Positions 1 through 7,864 of a stretch of 64,000 bases of DNA are shown here, in pieces (the stretch's first letter is position 1; the number at the start of each line of letters is the position of its first letter). Below the pieces are notes generated by a model. It had not been told where the DNA came from. It worked only from the letters and a program-made list of their open reading frames with translations, and did not search any database. This DNA comes from Acidobacteriota bacterium (GTDB taxonomy: Bacteria > Acidobacteriota > Terriglobia > Bryobacterales > Bryobacteraceae): the NCBI GenBank assembly GCA_018268835.1, contig JAFDVU010000006.1:3961-67960 (forward strand), in the 5' to 3' direction. A program made the position numbers and the translations under genes.

Positions 1-1081
1 GGAGCATGAGGGCGCTGACCACGATCATGAGCGGGTAGGAGATGTTGGGCGTCAGGTGGAGGAAGGCCTCGGCCTTCACGCGGAACGGGATCGGCGCCTT
101 GAGGATGTCGGGCAGCAGTTTCTTGGCGACCTGGGTGAGGCCCTTGGCCCAGCGCGATTGCTGCACCTGGAAGCCGTGCATTTCGACGGGCAGTTCGCTG
201 GGGCAATCCAGGCCGGGGAGGTAGACGAAGCGCCAGCCTTTGAGCTGGGCGCGGTAGCTGAGGTCGGAATCCTCGGTGAGGGTATCGTGCTGCCAGCCGC
301 CGGCGTCGGCGATCATGGCTTTGCGCAGGATGCCGGCGGTGCCGTTGAAGTTGAAGAAGTAACCGGCCCGCGAGCGGGCGCCGTGCTCGAGGATGAAGTG
401 TCCATCGAGCAGCATGGCTTCGACCTCGGTGAGGAAGTTGTAGTCCTTGTTGAGGTAGCTCCAGCGGGTCTGCACCACGCCGATGGTGGGATCGGTGAAG
501 TGGTGGATGGTGCGCAGCAGGAAGTCCGCCGGGGGGAGGAAGTCCGCGTCGAAGACGGCGACGAAATCGCCGGTCGCGGTCTCCAGACCCTCCTGGAGGG
601 CGCCGGCTTTGAAGCCGTGCCGGTTGGTCCGGTGCTTGTAAACGATGGGGTAGCCCAGAGCCTGGTAGCGCTCGACGATGGCCTCGGCGTAGGCGGCGGT
701 ATCGTCGGTGGAGTCATCCAGCACCTGGATCTGAAGCAGATCCTTCGGGTACTCGATCTTGCAGCACTCTTCGACCAGCCGTTCGACGACGTAACGCTCG
801 TTGTAGATGGGCAACTGGATCGTGACCGGGGGCAGTTGTTCCCAGCGTTTGGCGGGCGCGCCGGTGGCGTTTTTGCGGTGCTTGAAGTAGGTGCGGATGA
901 TGTCGTAGCGGTGTAACCCGTAGATGGAAAGGATGATCAGGACGGTGAAGTAAGGGATCATCATGGCCCAGTCAAACCAGGCGAGCTGATGGATTCCAGC
1001 GAACGGGTTGTTGAAGGCGTTTTGAATCAAGCGCTCCGCCGGCGACTTCGGCGCCAACAGGGCCAGATAGATACTGGACAC
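1..1081 (-). CDS. Family-2 glycosyltransferase, processive synthase type (cellulose-synthase/CslA-like); 3' end runs off the window
   Basis: Absent from the ORF track because no stop lies inside the window. Reverse-complement reading from GTG 1081 (or ATG 964) gives MMIPYFTVLIILSIYGLHRY (TM helix) ... PVTIQLPIYNERYVVERL ... QVLDDSTDDT ... GDFVAVFDADF ... TEDSDLSYRAQLKGWRF ... QVQQSRWAKG. These are the D / DxD / TED / QxxRW motifs. The + strand ORF 56..916 is its antisense shadow. Confidence 0.8.
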   Translation of the reverse strand, partial: MSSIYLALLAPKSPAERLIQNAFNNPFAGIHQLAWFDWAMMIPYFTVLIILSIYGLHRYDIIRTYFKHRKNATGAPAKRWEQLPPVTIQLPIYNERYVVERLVEECCKIEYPKDLLQIQVLDDSTDDTAAYAEAIVERYQALGYPIVYKHRTNRHGFKAGALQEGLETATGDFVAVFDADFLPPADFLLRTIHHFTDPTIGVVQTRWSYLNKDYNFLTEVEAMLLDGHFILEHGARSRAGYFFNFNGTAGILRKAMIADAGGWQHDTLTEDSDLSYRAQLKGWRFVYLPGLDCPSELPVEMHGFQVQQSRWAKGLTQVAKKLLPDILKAPIPFRVKAEAFLHLTPNISYPLMIVVSALML

Positions 1082-1143
1082 GGTAATCCCGATATTAACA
1101 AATCCTATAGGGCCGCGGGGTCGGTGGTACGGGCCAAACCGGG

Positions 1144-2433
1144 CTAGTCGCGGCGGAAGACGACGCCGTCTTTCATGACGAAGCGGATCTTTTCCACCTG
1201 GCGGATATCGTCGAGGGGATTGCCGGGGCAGGCGACGATGTCGGCGAGTTTGCCGGTTTCGAGGGTGCCGGTGCGGGCCGCGACACCGAGGAGGTCGGCG
1301 TCGACGCTGGTGGCGGCGCGGAGGGCGGCGGCGGGCGACATGCCGAGTTCGACGAGGCGGACGAGTTCACCGGCGTTACGTCCGTGGGGGTAGACGGCGG
1401 CATCGGTGCCGACCGCGATCTTCACATTCCTGGCGATGGCTTTGCGGACGGTGGTGTCGAGGGCGGCCATGGCGGCGCGCGCCTTGGCTTCGATGGCGGG
1501 CGGAACATAGCCGTCGCTGATGCGCTCCTTGAGGCCCTGCGCGGCCATGAGGGTGGGGACGAAGTAAGTGCCGCGGGCTTTCATCATGTCGAGGGCTTCG
1601 TCGTCGAGGAAGCTGCCGTGTTCGATGGAGTCGATGCCGGCGCGGATGGCGCGCTTGGCGCCGGTGGCGCCGTGAGCGTGGGCGGCGGTCTTGCGGCGGA
1701 GTTCGTGGGCTTCGGCGACGAGGGCGTCGAGTTCGGCCTGGGTCAACTGCGGGGTATCGACATCGTCGGTGAGGGAGAGGACGCCGCCGGTAGCGCAGGT
1801 CTTGATGACGTCGGCGCCGTGATCGATGTTGTAGCGGACGGCGAGGCGGGCTTCATCGGGGCTGTTGATGACGCCGTCTGTGATGCCGGATTCGCGGCCG
1901 AAGATGCCGGGGGCGTAGCCGGCGAAGGGGTCGCAGTGGCCGCCGGTGGAGCCGAGGGCGTGCACGCTGACGAGCATGCGCGGGCCGGGGATCTTGCCGG
2001 CATCGATGGCGTTGCGCAGGCCCACGTCGATCAGGTCCGTGGAGCCGAGGTCGCGGACGGTGGTGAAGCCGGCCATGAGCGTGCGGCGGACGACGTCCAC
2101 GGCGTCGAGGGTACGTTCGGAGACGGGCTTTTTGAGCAGGCCGAGTTCCTCATTGCGGTAGTCGCGCTCGAAGGGGTAGGAGAGATGGGTGTGGGCGTCC
2201 ATCAGGCCGGGCAGGAGGGTGACGTCGCCGAGATCGAGGATTTCGGCTCCGGCGGGCGCGGCGGCGTTGGCGCCGACGGCGGTGATGCGATTGCCGGAGA
2301 CGACCACGACGGCGGGGGAGACGATGCGGTCGCTCTTGCCGTCGAAGAGGCGCGCGGCCCGGATGACGGTGACTTTATCGGCGGCGGCAAGGGTGAGCGC
2401 CGCAGCCAGGAGGATTCCGGCGAGTCTGGTCAT
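1144..2433 (-). CDS. Secreted amidohydrolase-family metallohydrolase (Xaa-Pro dipeptidase / imidazolonepropionase-like)
   Basis: Internal ATG at 2433 of ORF 1144..3114. The upstream 227 aa are P/S/A/T-rich junk. MTRLAGILLAAALTLAAADK is a signal peptide. LPGLMDAHTHL is an HxH metal motif. The amidohydrolase-like C-terminus includes KIAVGTDA and GKLADIV. Confidence 0.85.
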   Translation of the reverse strand: MTRLAGILLAAALTLAAADKVTVIRAARLFDGKSDRIVSPAVVVVSGNRITAVGANAAAPAGAEILDLGDVTLLPGLMDAHTHLSYPFERDYRNEELGLLKKPVSERTLDAVDVVRRTLMAGFTTVRDLGSTDLIDVGLRNAIDAGKIPGPRMLVSVHALGSTGGHCDPFAGYAPGIFGRESGITDGVINSPDEARLAVRYNIDHGADVIKTCATGGVLSLTDDVDTPQLTQAELDALVAEAHELRRKTAAHAHGATGAKRAIRAGIDSIEHGSFLDDEALDMMKARGTYFVPTLMAAQGLKERISDGYVPPAIEAKARAAMAALDTTVRKAIARNVKIAVGTDAAVYPHGRNAGELVRLVELGMSPAAALRAATSVDADLLGVAARTGTLETGKLADIVACPGNPLDDIRQVEKIRFVMKDGVVFRRD

Positions 2434-2470
2434 TGTCGTAGTGTACTGCGCCTGCTCCGGACGGCGAGGA

Positions 2471-3550
2471 TTATCCCGCGAGGGACGCGAGGAGGTCTTC
2501 GTAGGCGGTGGTGACGGCGTCCCAGGAGTAGTGGTCGCGGACGCGCTGTTCGGCGCGGCGGCGGAGGGCGTCGCGCTCGGCTTCGGACATTCCGAGGGCG
2601 CGGCGGATGGCGGCGGGAAGGGTATCGGGTTCGAAGGGGATGCCGGCGTCGCCGGCGACTTCGGCGTTCTCCGGGGTGTTGCGGTAGAGCACGAGGGCGC
2701 CGCGGCCCATGGCTTCGATGAGCGCCGGGTGGGTGCCGCCGACTTCGGTGGCGTGGATGTAGGCGAAGCTGTGGGACTGCAGCTCGTGGTAGCCGTCGCC
2801 GTAGATGGCGCCGGGGATGGCGATGCGGGGATCGGTGGTGGCGCGCACGCGGCGGATGTAATCGCCGGCGTAGGGGGCGTCGCCGATGAGGGCGAGGCGC
2901 AGGGGAGTCTCCACCTCTTCGAACGCGGCGCGGACTTCGAAGGGATGGTTCTCCGGCTCCATGCGGCTGACGTAGAGGAAGTAGCGCCCGCGTTCCAGTC
3001 CGAGAGCGGCGAGCGCGGCGCTGGTGGAGAGCTTGCCGACGGGCGCGCCGTAGGGGATGAAGGTGCTGGCCTGGCGATAGCGCTGGAGGTAGTAATCCTG
3101 AATGGCGCGCGCATCGGTGATCACGCGGGAGGGGCAGAAGGTGGTGAGCCACTCCGAGGCGTGATACCAGGCGCGGGCGAGCGCGTTCCACTTCTTGCGT
3201 TTGCGCTCGATGCCGTCCACGTTGAGCGCGACGGGGATGCCGAGGAGTCGCGGCCAGAGGGTGAAGACGGCGTTGGCGCCGTTACAGTAGAGCGCGACAT
3301 CGGCGCGGTGGAAGAGCAGGTGGAGGGTGCTGAAGGCGGTGTGGGTGATGGTTTCGAAGTACTTGTGGCGGAGGCTGGGGAGGTAGCAGCGGAGCACGCC
3401 GCGGTAGGCGGGACCGGGGGCGCGTTCGCGGCAGTAGACGACGACCTGGTGGCCGCGCTCGACGAGGCGCGTGCCGAGTTCTTCGGCGAAGGTTTCGAAG
3501 CCGCCGTAATTGGCCGGGATGCCGCGAGTGCCGAGGAGCGCGATGCGCAC
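2471..3550 (-). CDS. GT1/GT4-family glycosyltransferase with DUF1972-type N-terminus
   Basis: GTG start at 3550 overlaps the TAG of the upstream gene by 1 nt. (V)RIALLGTRGIPANYGGFETFAEELGTRLVERGH is the DUF1972-type N-terminus. C-terminal ATEVGGTHPALIEAMGRGALV is the GT-B nucleotide-sugar motif. The N-terminal 135 aa of track ORF 2471..3955 are R/P-rich junk. Confidence 0.85.
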   Translation of the reverse strand: MRIALLGTRGIPANYGGFETFAEELGTRLVERGHQVVVYCRERAPGPAYRGVLRCYLPSLRHKYFETITHTAFSTLHLLFHRADVALYCNGANAVFTLWPRLLGIPVALNVDGIERKRKKWNALARAWYHASEWLTTFCPSRVITDARAIQDYYLQRYRQASTFIPYGAPVGKLSTSAALAALGLERGRYFLYVSRMEPENHPFEVRAAFEEVETPLRLALIGDAPYAGDYIRRVRATTDPRIAIPGAIYGDGYHELQSHSFAYIHATEVGGTHPALIEAMGRGALVLYRNTPENAEVAGDAGIPFEPDTLPAAIRRALGMSEAERDALRRRAEQRVRDHYSWDAVTTAYEDLLASLAG

Positions 3551-4599
3551 TACGTCTTCGCGGTTTCGGAGCGCGAGAGCATGCGCACCATCTTCTTCGG
3601 CGCCTGGTGGCTGACCGGGCGGTATTGGAACCACGCGGCCATGTACTTGTCGTCGACGCGGCGGCTGGACTGAATCAGGCGGCGCTTGGCCATGACCCGG
3701 CGCAGGTTGCGGCCGAGGTACCAGAACGCCTTGAGGGAGGAGTGCTCCCAGAGCAGGCAGCACATGACGACGGTGAGGTCGCGCGCGGCGATGGAGAACC
3801 AGTTGCGCCAGTAGAGATCCGGCGAGATGTTCTTGATGCGCATCAGGAACCGGTTCTTCACCGAGTGCATGTTGATTTCGGCCGGCAGCGCGCGGCGGTT
3901 GCCGGGGAGGACCTTGCGGACGTGGTAGCCGCGGGCGTAGGGGGCGTACAGGCACTTCCAGCCCATGAGCTGGGCGCGCCAGGCGACGTCGGCGTCTTCG
4001 CGGTAGACGAAGAAGTCGTTATCGAAGAACTCGCCGTCGAGCGAGATATCGTCGATCATGGCGCGGCGGTAGAGGGCGGCGGCGGCGGTGGCGCCGAAGA
4101 CATACTCGTAGTGCAGGTAGTGGCCGTTATCCACCTCCTGGCTGCCGCGGTCGAGGTGGCGCAGCATGGGGTTGAAGTAGATACCGGTGGAATCGACGAC
4201 GGGCTTCTCCGGAATTTCGAAGTGGCTGGTCATGGTGAGCAGCTTGCCGCACACGGTGCCGATTTTGGAATCGAACTGGCCGGCATCGACCAGAGCCTGG
4301 ATGAAGTTGGGGAGGAGCAGGACGTCGGGATTGAGGGTCAGGACCCATTCGCCGCTGGAGAGCCGGATGGCCTGGTTCTGCGCGGCGGCGAAACCGTTGT
4401 TCTCTTCGTTGTAGTAGACCTGGCAGCGGTCTTCGAACTGTTCGAGGATGTCGATGGTGCCATCGGTCGAGGCGTTATCGACGACGATGATCTCCTTGTG
4501 CGGGTACCGTTGCGCGAGAACGGATTCCAGGCAGCGCTTGATGAAGCGGCCGCTGTTATAGGTCACTATCGTGACGGATACGACGTCGTTATGCGCCAT
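3550..4599 (-). CDS. GT2-family glycosyltransferase (rhamnosyltransferase-like); paralog of 13117..14169
   Basis: VSVTIVTYNSGRFIKRCLESVLAQ ... IIVVDNASTDGT ... NNGFAAAQNQ ... LNPDVLL ... YREDADVAWRAQL. ATG 4599 is preferred over 4632. Confidence 0.85.
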   Translation of the reverse strand: MAHNDVVSVTIVTYNSGRFIKRCLESVLAQRYPHKEIIVVDNASTDGTIDILEQFEDRCQVYYNEENNGFAAAQNQAIRLSSGEWVLTLNPDVLLLPNFIQALVDAGQFDSKIGTVCGKLLTMTSHFEIPEKPVVDSTGIYFNPMLRHLDRGSQEVDNGHYLHYEYVFGATAAAALYRRAMIDDISLDGEFFDNDFFVYREDADVAWRAQLMGWKCLYAPYARGYHVRKVLPGNRRALPAEINMHSVKNRFLMRIKNISPDLYWRNWFSIAARDLTVVMCCLLWEHSSLKAFWYLGRNLRRVMAKRRLIQSSRRVDDKYMAAWFQYRPVSHQAPKKMVRMLSRSETAKT

Positions 4600-4637
4600 G
4601 CACCTGAACCTGAACAACCCATGATGTACCACGAACC

Positions 4638-5552
4638 TTAAGGGCGAACACCGCTAACCAGACATCGTCCCGCGAGCCGGATCACCCTCCCGTAGCTCGC
4701 GAAAGGCTTGAGACTCCCTTCGAGCACCGATTCTCCGATGCCGCGCAGGATGCTGCCGATCATCACCGCGGCACACACCACCCCATGTGCCGAACGGCCA
4801 AAGTGCTTGAATGAATACCTTAGTAAACTACGATACCAATAAAAACGCCGCATCTCTACTGCGAGGCGGGGGATCGAGTGCCCTCCAATGTGACGGGCAG
4901 TCCCTTGCGGGACGAAGTAGAGTATCCATCCGCCCTGTTTGATTCTGCTGCAAAAATCGACGTCTTCGAACCAGAGCGGATGAAAGCCCTCGTCGAAACC
5001 GCCCACCTGTTCCCACACACCGCGACGCACCATCAGGAACGCTCCGGCGGGTTGTTCGACGGGAAACTGCGTCGAATAATCCCGCCCGAGAAGACGGTAG
5101 CGACGGTTGACCGGATTGTTTGGCCAGAGGCGATTGAGCAAGAGGGATTCCAAAACCAGGACGGCGGGCGTGGGAAGCCGGCGAGCCATGAAACCGATTT
5201 GCGGCCGGCCGCCGGCGTCCACCAGGCAGCCGCCGGCGCCGGCGGAACCTGGCAGGTCGCAGGCGGCGCGCAGGGGTTCGAGGGAACTGAGCAACACGGC
5301 ATCCGGATTCAGCAACAGAATGTAGGGGTTGCTCAAGGCGGCAAAGCCTTGATTGACGGCGGAAGCGAAGCCGCGGTTCTCCGCATTGGCGATGAGCCGG
5401 ATGTTGCGGCGGCGGACTTCCTCGCGGGTGGCGTCCTGCGAGGCGTTGTCGATGACGACGATGTCGGCGCCGGTGGGCGCGGCGGCATCGAGGCAGGGGC
5501 CGATTTCGGCGGCGGAGTTATAAGTCACGATGATGATGCCGATGGGCGCCAT
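4638..5552 (-). CDS. GT2-family glycosyltransferase
   Basis: IGIIIVTYNSAAEIGPCLDA ... IVVIDNASQDAT ... ENRGFASAVNQG ... LNPDAVL ... WFEDVDFCSR. Confidence 0.85.
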   Translation of the reverse strand: MAPIGIIIVTYNSAAEIGPCLDAAAPTGADIVVIDNASQDATREEVRRRNIRLIANAENRGFASAVNQGFAALSNPYILLLNPDAVLLSSLEPLRAACDLPGSAGAGGCLVDAGGRPQIGFMARRLPTPAVLVLESLLLNRLWPNNPVNRRYRLLGRDYSTQFPVEQPAGAFLMVRRGVWEQVGGFDEGFHPLWFEDVDFCSRIKQGGWILYFVPQGTARHIGGHSIPRLAVEMRRFYWYRSLLRYSFKHFGRSAHGVVCAAVMIGSILRGIGESVLEGSLKPFASYGRVIRLAGRCLVSGVRP

Positions 5553-5555
5553 GTG

Positions 5556-6491
5556 TCACTTTGCCCCACGGGTGAGCAGAAAGTACAGCCTCCAATATGG
5601 CCCGCCGGCGGCGGAGCGGACGAATTGTTCGTTCGCGCGCAGAACTTCGTCGAGGGCCGCGGGGACTTCGCGGGCGAAGGCGAAGCCGCGGAGTCCTTCG
5701 CGTTTGCCGCGCAGCCAGGCAAGGCCCCTGCCATGGCGGAATGCCACCGCGCCCCAGAGCAGTTGACCGACGAGGACGGGCCACCAGCAATGGCGCGGCA
5801 GGTGGCGGGCGGCGAGGAAAAGCTGATTGCGGGCGATGCGGCGGACGGTATCGGGATGCCAGCGGCCGAAGGTGGCGCTGCCGAGGTGGACGGCGCGGGC
5901 CTCGGGGACGTAGCGGCCGCGGATGCCGAGGCGGGCGCAGCGCATACCGAACTCGGCGTCTTCCAGGTAGGATTCGAAGCTCTCTTCGAGCAGGCCGGCG
6001 CGGGCGAAGACTTCGGCGCGGAGGAGCACGGCGGTGAAGGGCGGGGAGACGATGTCGCGGGCCTGATCGAAGGGCGGCGCGTCGGCCATGCCGGCGCCGG
6101 CGCGCCAGGTGGTGGCGGCGCGGGTGGTGAGGTCGAAGGTGGCATCGAGCGCGCCTTGCGGGCTGAGGATGCGGCCGGTGGCGAAGGGCGCGGAGGCGGC
6201 GGCGAGGCGGGCGAAGTAATCGGGCGCGAGTTCGACGTCGCTGTTGAGGATGGCGAGGAACTCGCCGCGGGCTTCGGAGATGCCGCGATTCACGGCGGGG
6301 GCGAAGCCGGCGTTGCGTCCCATGGGGATGACGCGGGCGCCGCGGCGGCGGGCGAGGTCGGCGGCGCCGTCGGTGGAGCCGTTGTCGACGACCAGGAGTT
6401 CGCCGGCGCGGAGGGTCTGTGCGTCGAGCGAGTCCAGCAGGCGGCTGAGGCAGTCGCGGCCGTTGAAGACGGGCACGATGGCGGTGATCAT
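5556..6491 (-). CDS. GT2-family glycosyltransferase
   Basis: ITAIVPVFNGRDCLSRLLDSL ... LLVVDNGSTDGA ... RNAGFAPAVNRG ... LNSDVEL ... YLEDAEFGMR. The 4-nt gap to the downstream gene and the 4-nt overlap with the upstream gene suggest an operon. Confidence 0.85.
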   Translation of the reverse strand: MITAIVPVFNGRDCLSRLLDSLDAQTLRAGELLVVDNGSTDGAADLARRRGARVIPMGRNAGFAPAVNRGISEARGEFLAILNSDVELAPDYFARLAAASAPFATGRILSPQGALDATFDLTTRAATTWRAGAGMADAPPFDQARDIVSPPFTAVLLRAEVFARAGLLEESFESYLEDAEFGMRCARLGIRGRYVPEARAVHLGSATFGRWHPDTVRRIARNQLFLAARHLPRHCWWPVLVGQLLWGAVAFRHGRGLAWLRGKREGLRGFAFAREVPAALDEVLRANEQFVRSAAGGPYWRLYFLLTRGAK

Positions 6492-7162
6492 CTCAGGAAA
6501 CGCTTCTTGAGCAGGAAGACGATGTTCTGGAAGCCGTCGCGCCAGGCGTTGAGCTTGGTTTCGCCGACGCGCGAGGAATACATGATGGAGATCTCGCCGA
6601 AGCGGACGCGGGGGTTGAGGATGGCTTCGATCTTAATCTCTTCGCTGAAGGCCATGCCGTCGCTTTCGAGCTTCATGCCCTCCAGGATGGAGCGGCGGAA
6701 GACCCACATGCCGGACTGCGAATCGCGGATCCAGCGGAAGAACAGAATCGACATGACGAGGGAGAGGACGAGGTTGCCGAACTTGTTCTTGAAGCTCATG
6801 GCGCGGGAATCGCGGACGGGGAAGCGGGAGGCGTTGAGGAAGTCGACTTCCAGGTGGAGGAAGGCTTCGACCAGGTAGGAGAGGGCGTCGACGGGATAGG
6901 AGTGGTCGCCGTCGAGCGTGATGATGAGGTCGCTGGTGGCGGAGGCGAAGCCGCGTTTGTAGGCCCGGCCGTAGCCGCGGACTTCTTCGCGCACGACTTT
7001 GGCGCCGAGGCTGGCGGCCACCTCGCTGGTGCGGTCGGTCGAATTATTGTCCACCACCACGACTTCATCGACGAACCCGGGCATGGCGCGGAGGATCTTT
7101 TCGACGCCCTGCTCTTCGTTGAGGCAGGGGATGATGACGGTGATCGACAGGTCCTTATACAT
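6488..7162 (-). CDS. Small GT2 glycosyltransferase, polyprenol-phosphate sugar transferase (DPM1/GtrB-like)
   Basis: ITVIIPCLNEEQGVEKIL ... VVVVDNNSTDRTSEVA ... GYGRAYKRGF ... ITLDGDHSYP. At 224 aa it has the size and motifs of Dpm1-like enzymes. Confidence 0.8.
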   Translation of the reverse strand: MYKDLSITVIIPCLNEEQGVEKILRAMPGFVDEVVVVDNNSTDRTSEVAASLGAKVVREEVRGYGRAYKRGFASATSDLIITLDGDHSYPVDALSYLVEAFLHLEVDFLNASRFPVRDSRAMSFKNKFGNLVLSLVMSILFFRWIRDSQSGMWVFRRSILEGMKLESDGMAFSEEIKIEAILNPRVRFGEISIMYSSRVGETKLNAWRDGFQNIVFLLKKRFLR

Positions 7163-7218
7163 TTGCCGCTGCCCTCCGACTTTTTTGGGGCGCCGCGCGT
7201 CTGGATATCATGGACTGT

Positions 7219-7863
7219 ATGAAGCGCCTGGCGATCCTCGTGCTGAGCGCGGCGGCGCTGGCCTCCGCGGCCGACCTCTCGGCGGTGCACAACGTGTACC
7301 TGCTGAAGATGTCGAAGGGGTTCGACCAGTATCTGGCCAACCGCCTGACGAACGGCAAAATATTCCAGGTGGTGACCGACCCCAAAATGGCGGACGCGAT
7401 CTTCACCGACCAGATTGGAGAGGGCTTCGAGGCGAAGCTGAAGGGACTGTTCCCGCCGCCGGAAGACGCCACGGCGGAGGCGTCGGACCAGGCCGGCGCG
7501 GCGGACCAGGGGGACAAGGCCGACAAAGGGGAGAAGGCCGACAAAGGGGACAAGGCCGGCAAAGGGGACAAGGCCGCGAAATCCGGCAAGGCGGCCAAGG
7601 CGGCCAAGGCTTCCGCCGACGCCGACGAAGACACCGGGGACTCCGCTCCCAGCCTGGTGACGGACACGGTGAACAAGCTGGACAACCCGGCGGTGAACTC
7701 CTCGTTTGGGCGCGCCAAGGGGATGGTGTTTATCGTGGACGCCAAGTCCAAGCAGGTCATCTGGTCGGCGTATGCGCTGCCGAAGAGCACGTCGTCGAGA
7801 GAATTGGACCGCACCGCCTCCGACATTGTAAGCCGCATCAAGCGCGACCTGAAGACGAAGTAG
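7219..7863 (+). CDS. Secreted hypothetical protein with a central GDKADK-type low-complexity repeat
   Basis: MKRLAILVLSAAALASAADL is a signal peptide (alternative ATG at 7210). The frame has strong GC3 bias. It is the only + strand gene inside the minus-strand GT cluster. The competing minus ORF 7155..7868 is S/A/L-rich junk. Confidence 0.75.
   Translation: MKRLAILVLSAAALASAADLSAVHNVYLLKMSKGFDQYLANRLTNGKIFQVVTDPKMADAIFTDQIGEGFEAKLKGLFPPPEDATAEASDQAGAADQGDKADKGEKADKGDKAGKGDKAAKSGKAAKAAKASADADEDTGDSAPSLVTDTVNKLDNPAVNSSFGRAKGMVFIVDAKSKQVIWSAYALPKSTSSRELDRTASDIVSRIKRDLKTK
7510..7581 (+). repeat. 4 x 18-bp tandem repeat (ggggaSaaggccgVSaaa) encoding (G-D/E-K-A-D/G/A-K)4
   Basis: Read directly: ggggacaaggccgacaaa / ggggagaaggccgacaaa / ggggacaaggccggcaaa / ggggacaaggccgcgaaa. 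The array lies in frame inside CDS 7219..7863. Confidence 0.9.
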
Positions 7864-7864
7864 C

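Noticed and set aside
56-916. + strand ORF of 286 aa (and the minus ORF 313..717) over the first kilobase
   Set aside because: The G/A/E/V-rich composition is typical of antisense frames in high-GC DNA. The opposite strand, in another frame, encodes a textbook GT2 with D/DxD/TED/QxxRW motifs.
1144-3114. N-terminal extensions of track ORFs (1144..3114, 2471..3955, 39527..41224, 50113..52335, 56465..57352, 58428..58943, 61291..62601)
   Set aside because: In each case the upstream part is low-complexity junk or overlaps the neighbouring gene. An internal start gives a signal peptide or a family-typical N-terminus, often with an SD sequence or a stop/start overlap.
1384-3673. Long + strand ORFs 1384..2514 (376 aa) and 2189..3673 (494 aa)
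   Set aside because: They are antisense shadows of the amidohydrolase and GT4 genes. Their sequences are G/A/E/D/V-rich with no motifs.
4878-6878. 666-aa + strand ORF spanning three GT2 genes
   Set aside because: It crosses three well-supported minus-strand genes. Its composition is low-complexity (A/G/E/R), so it is an artefact of high GC.
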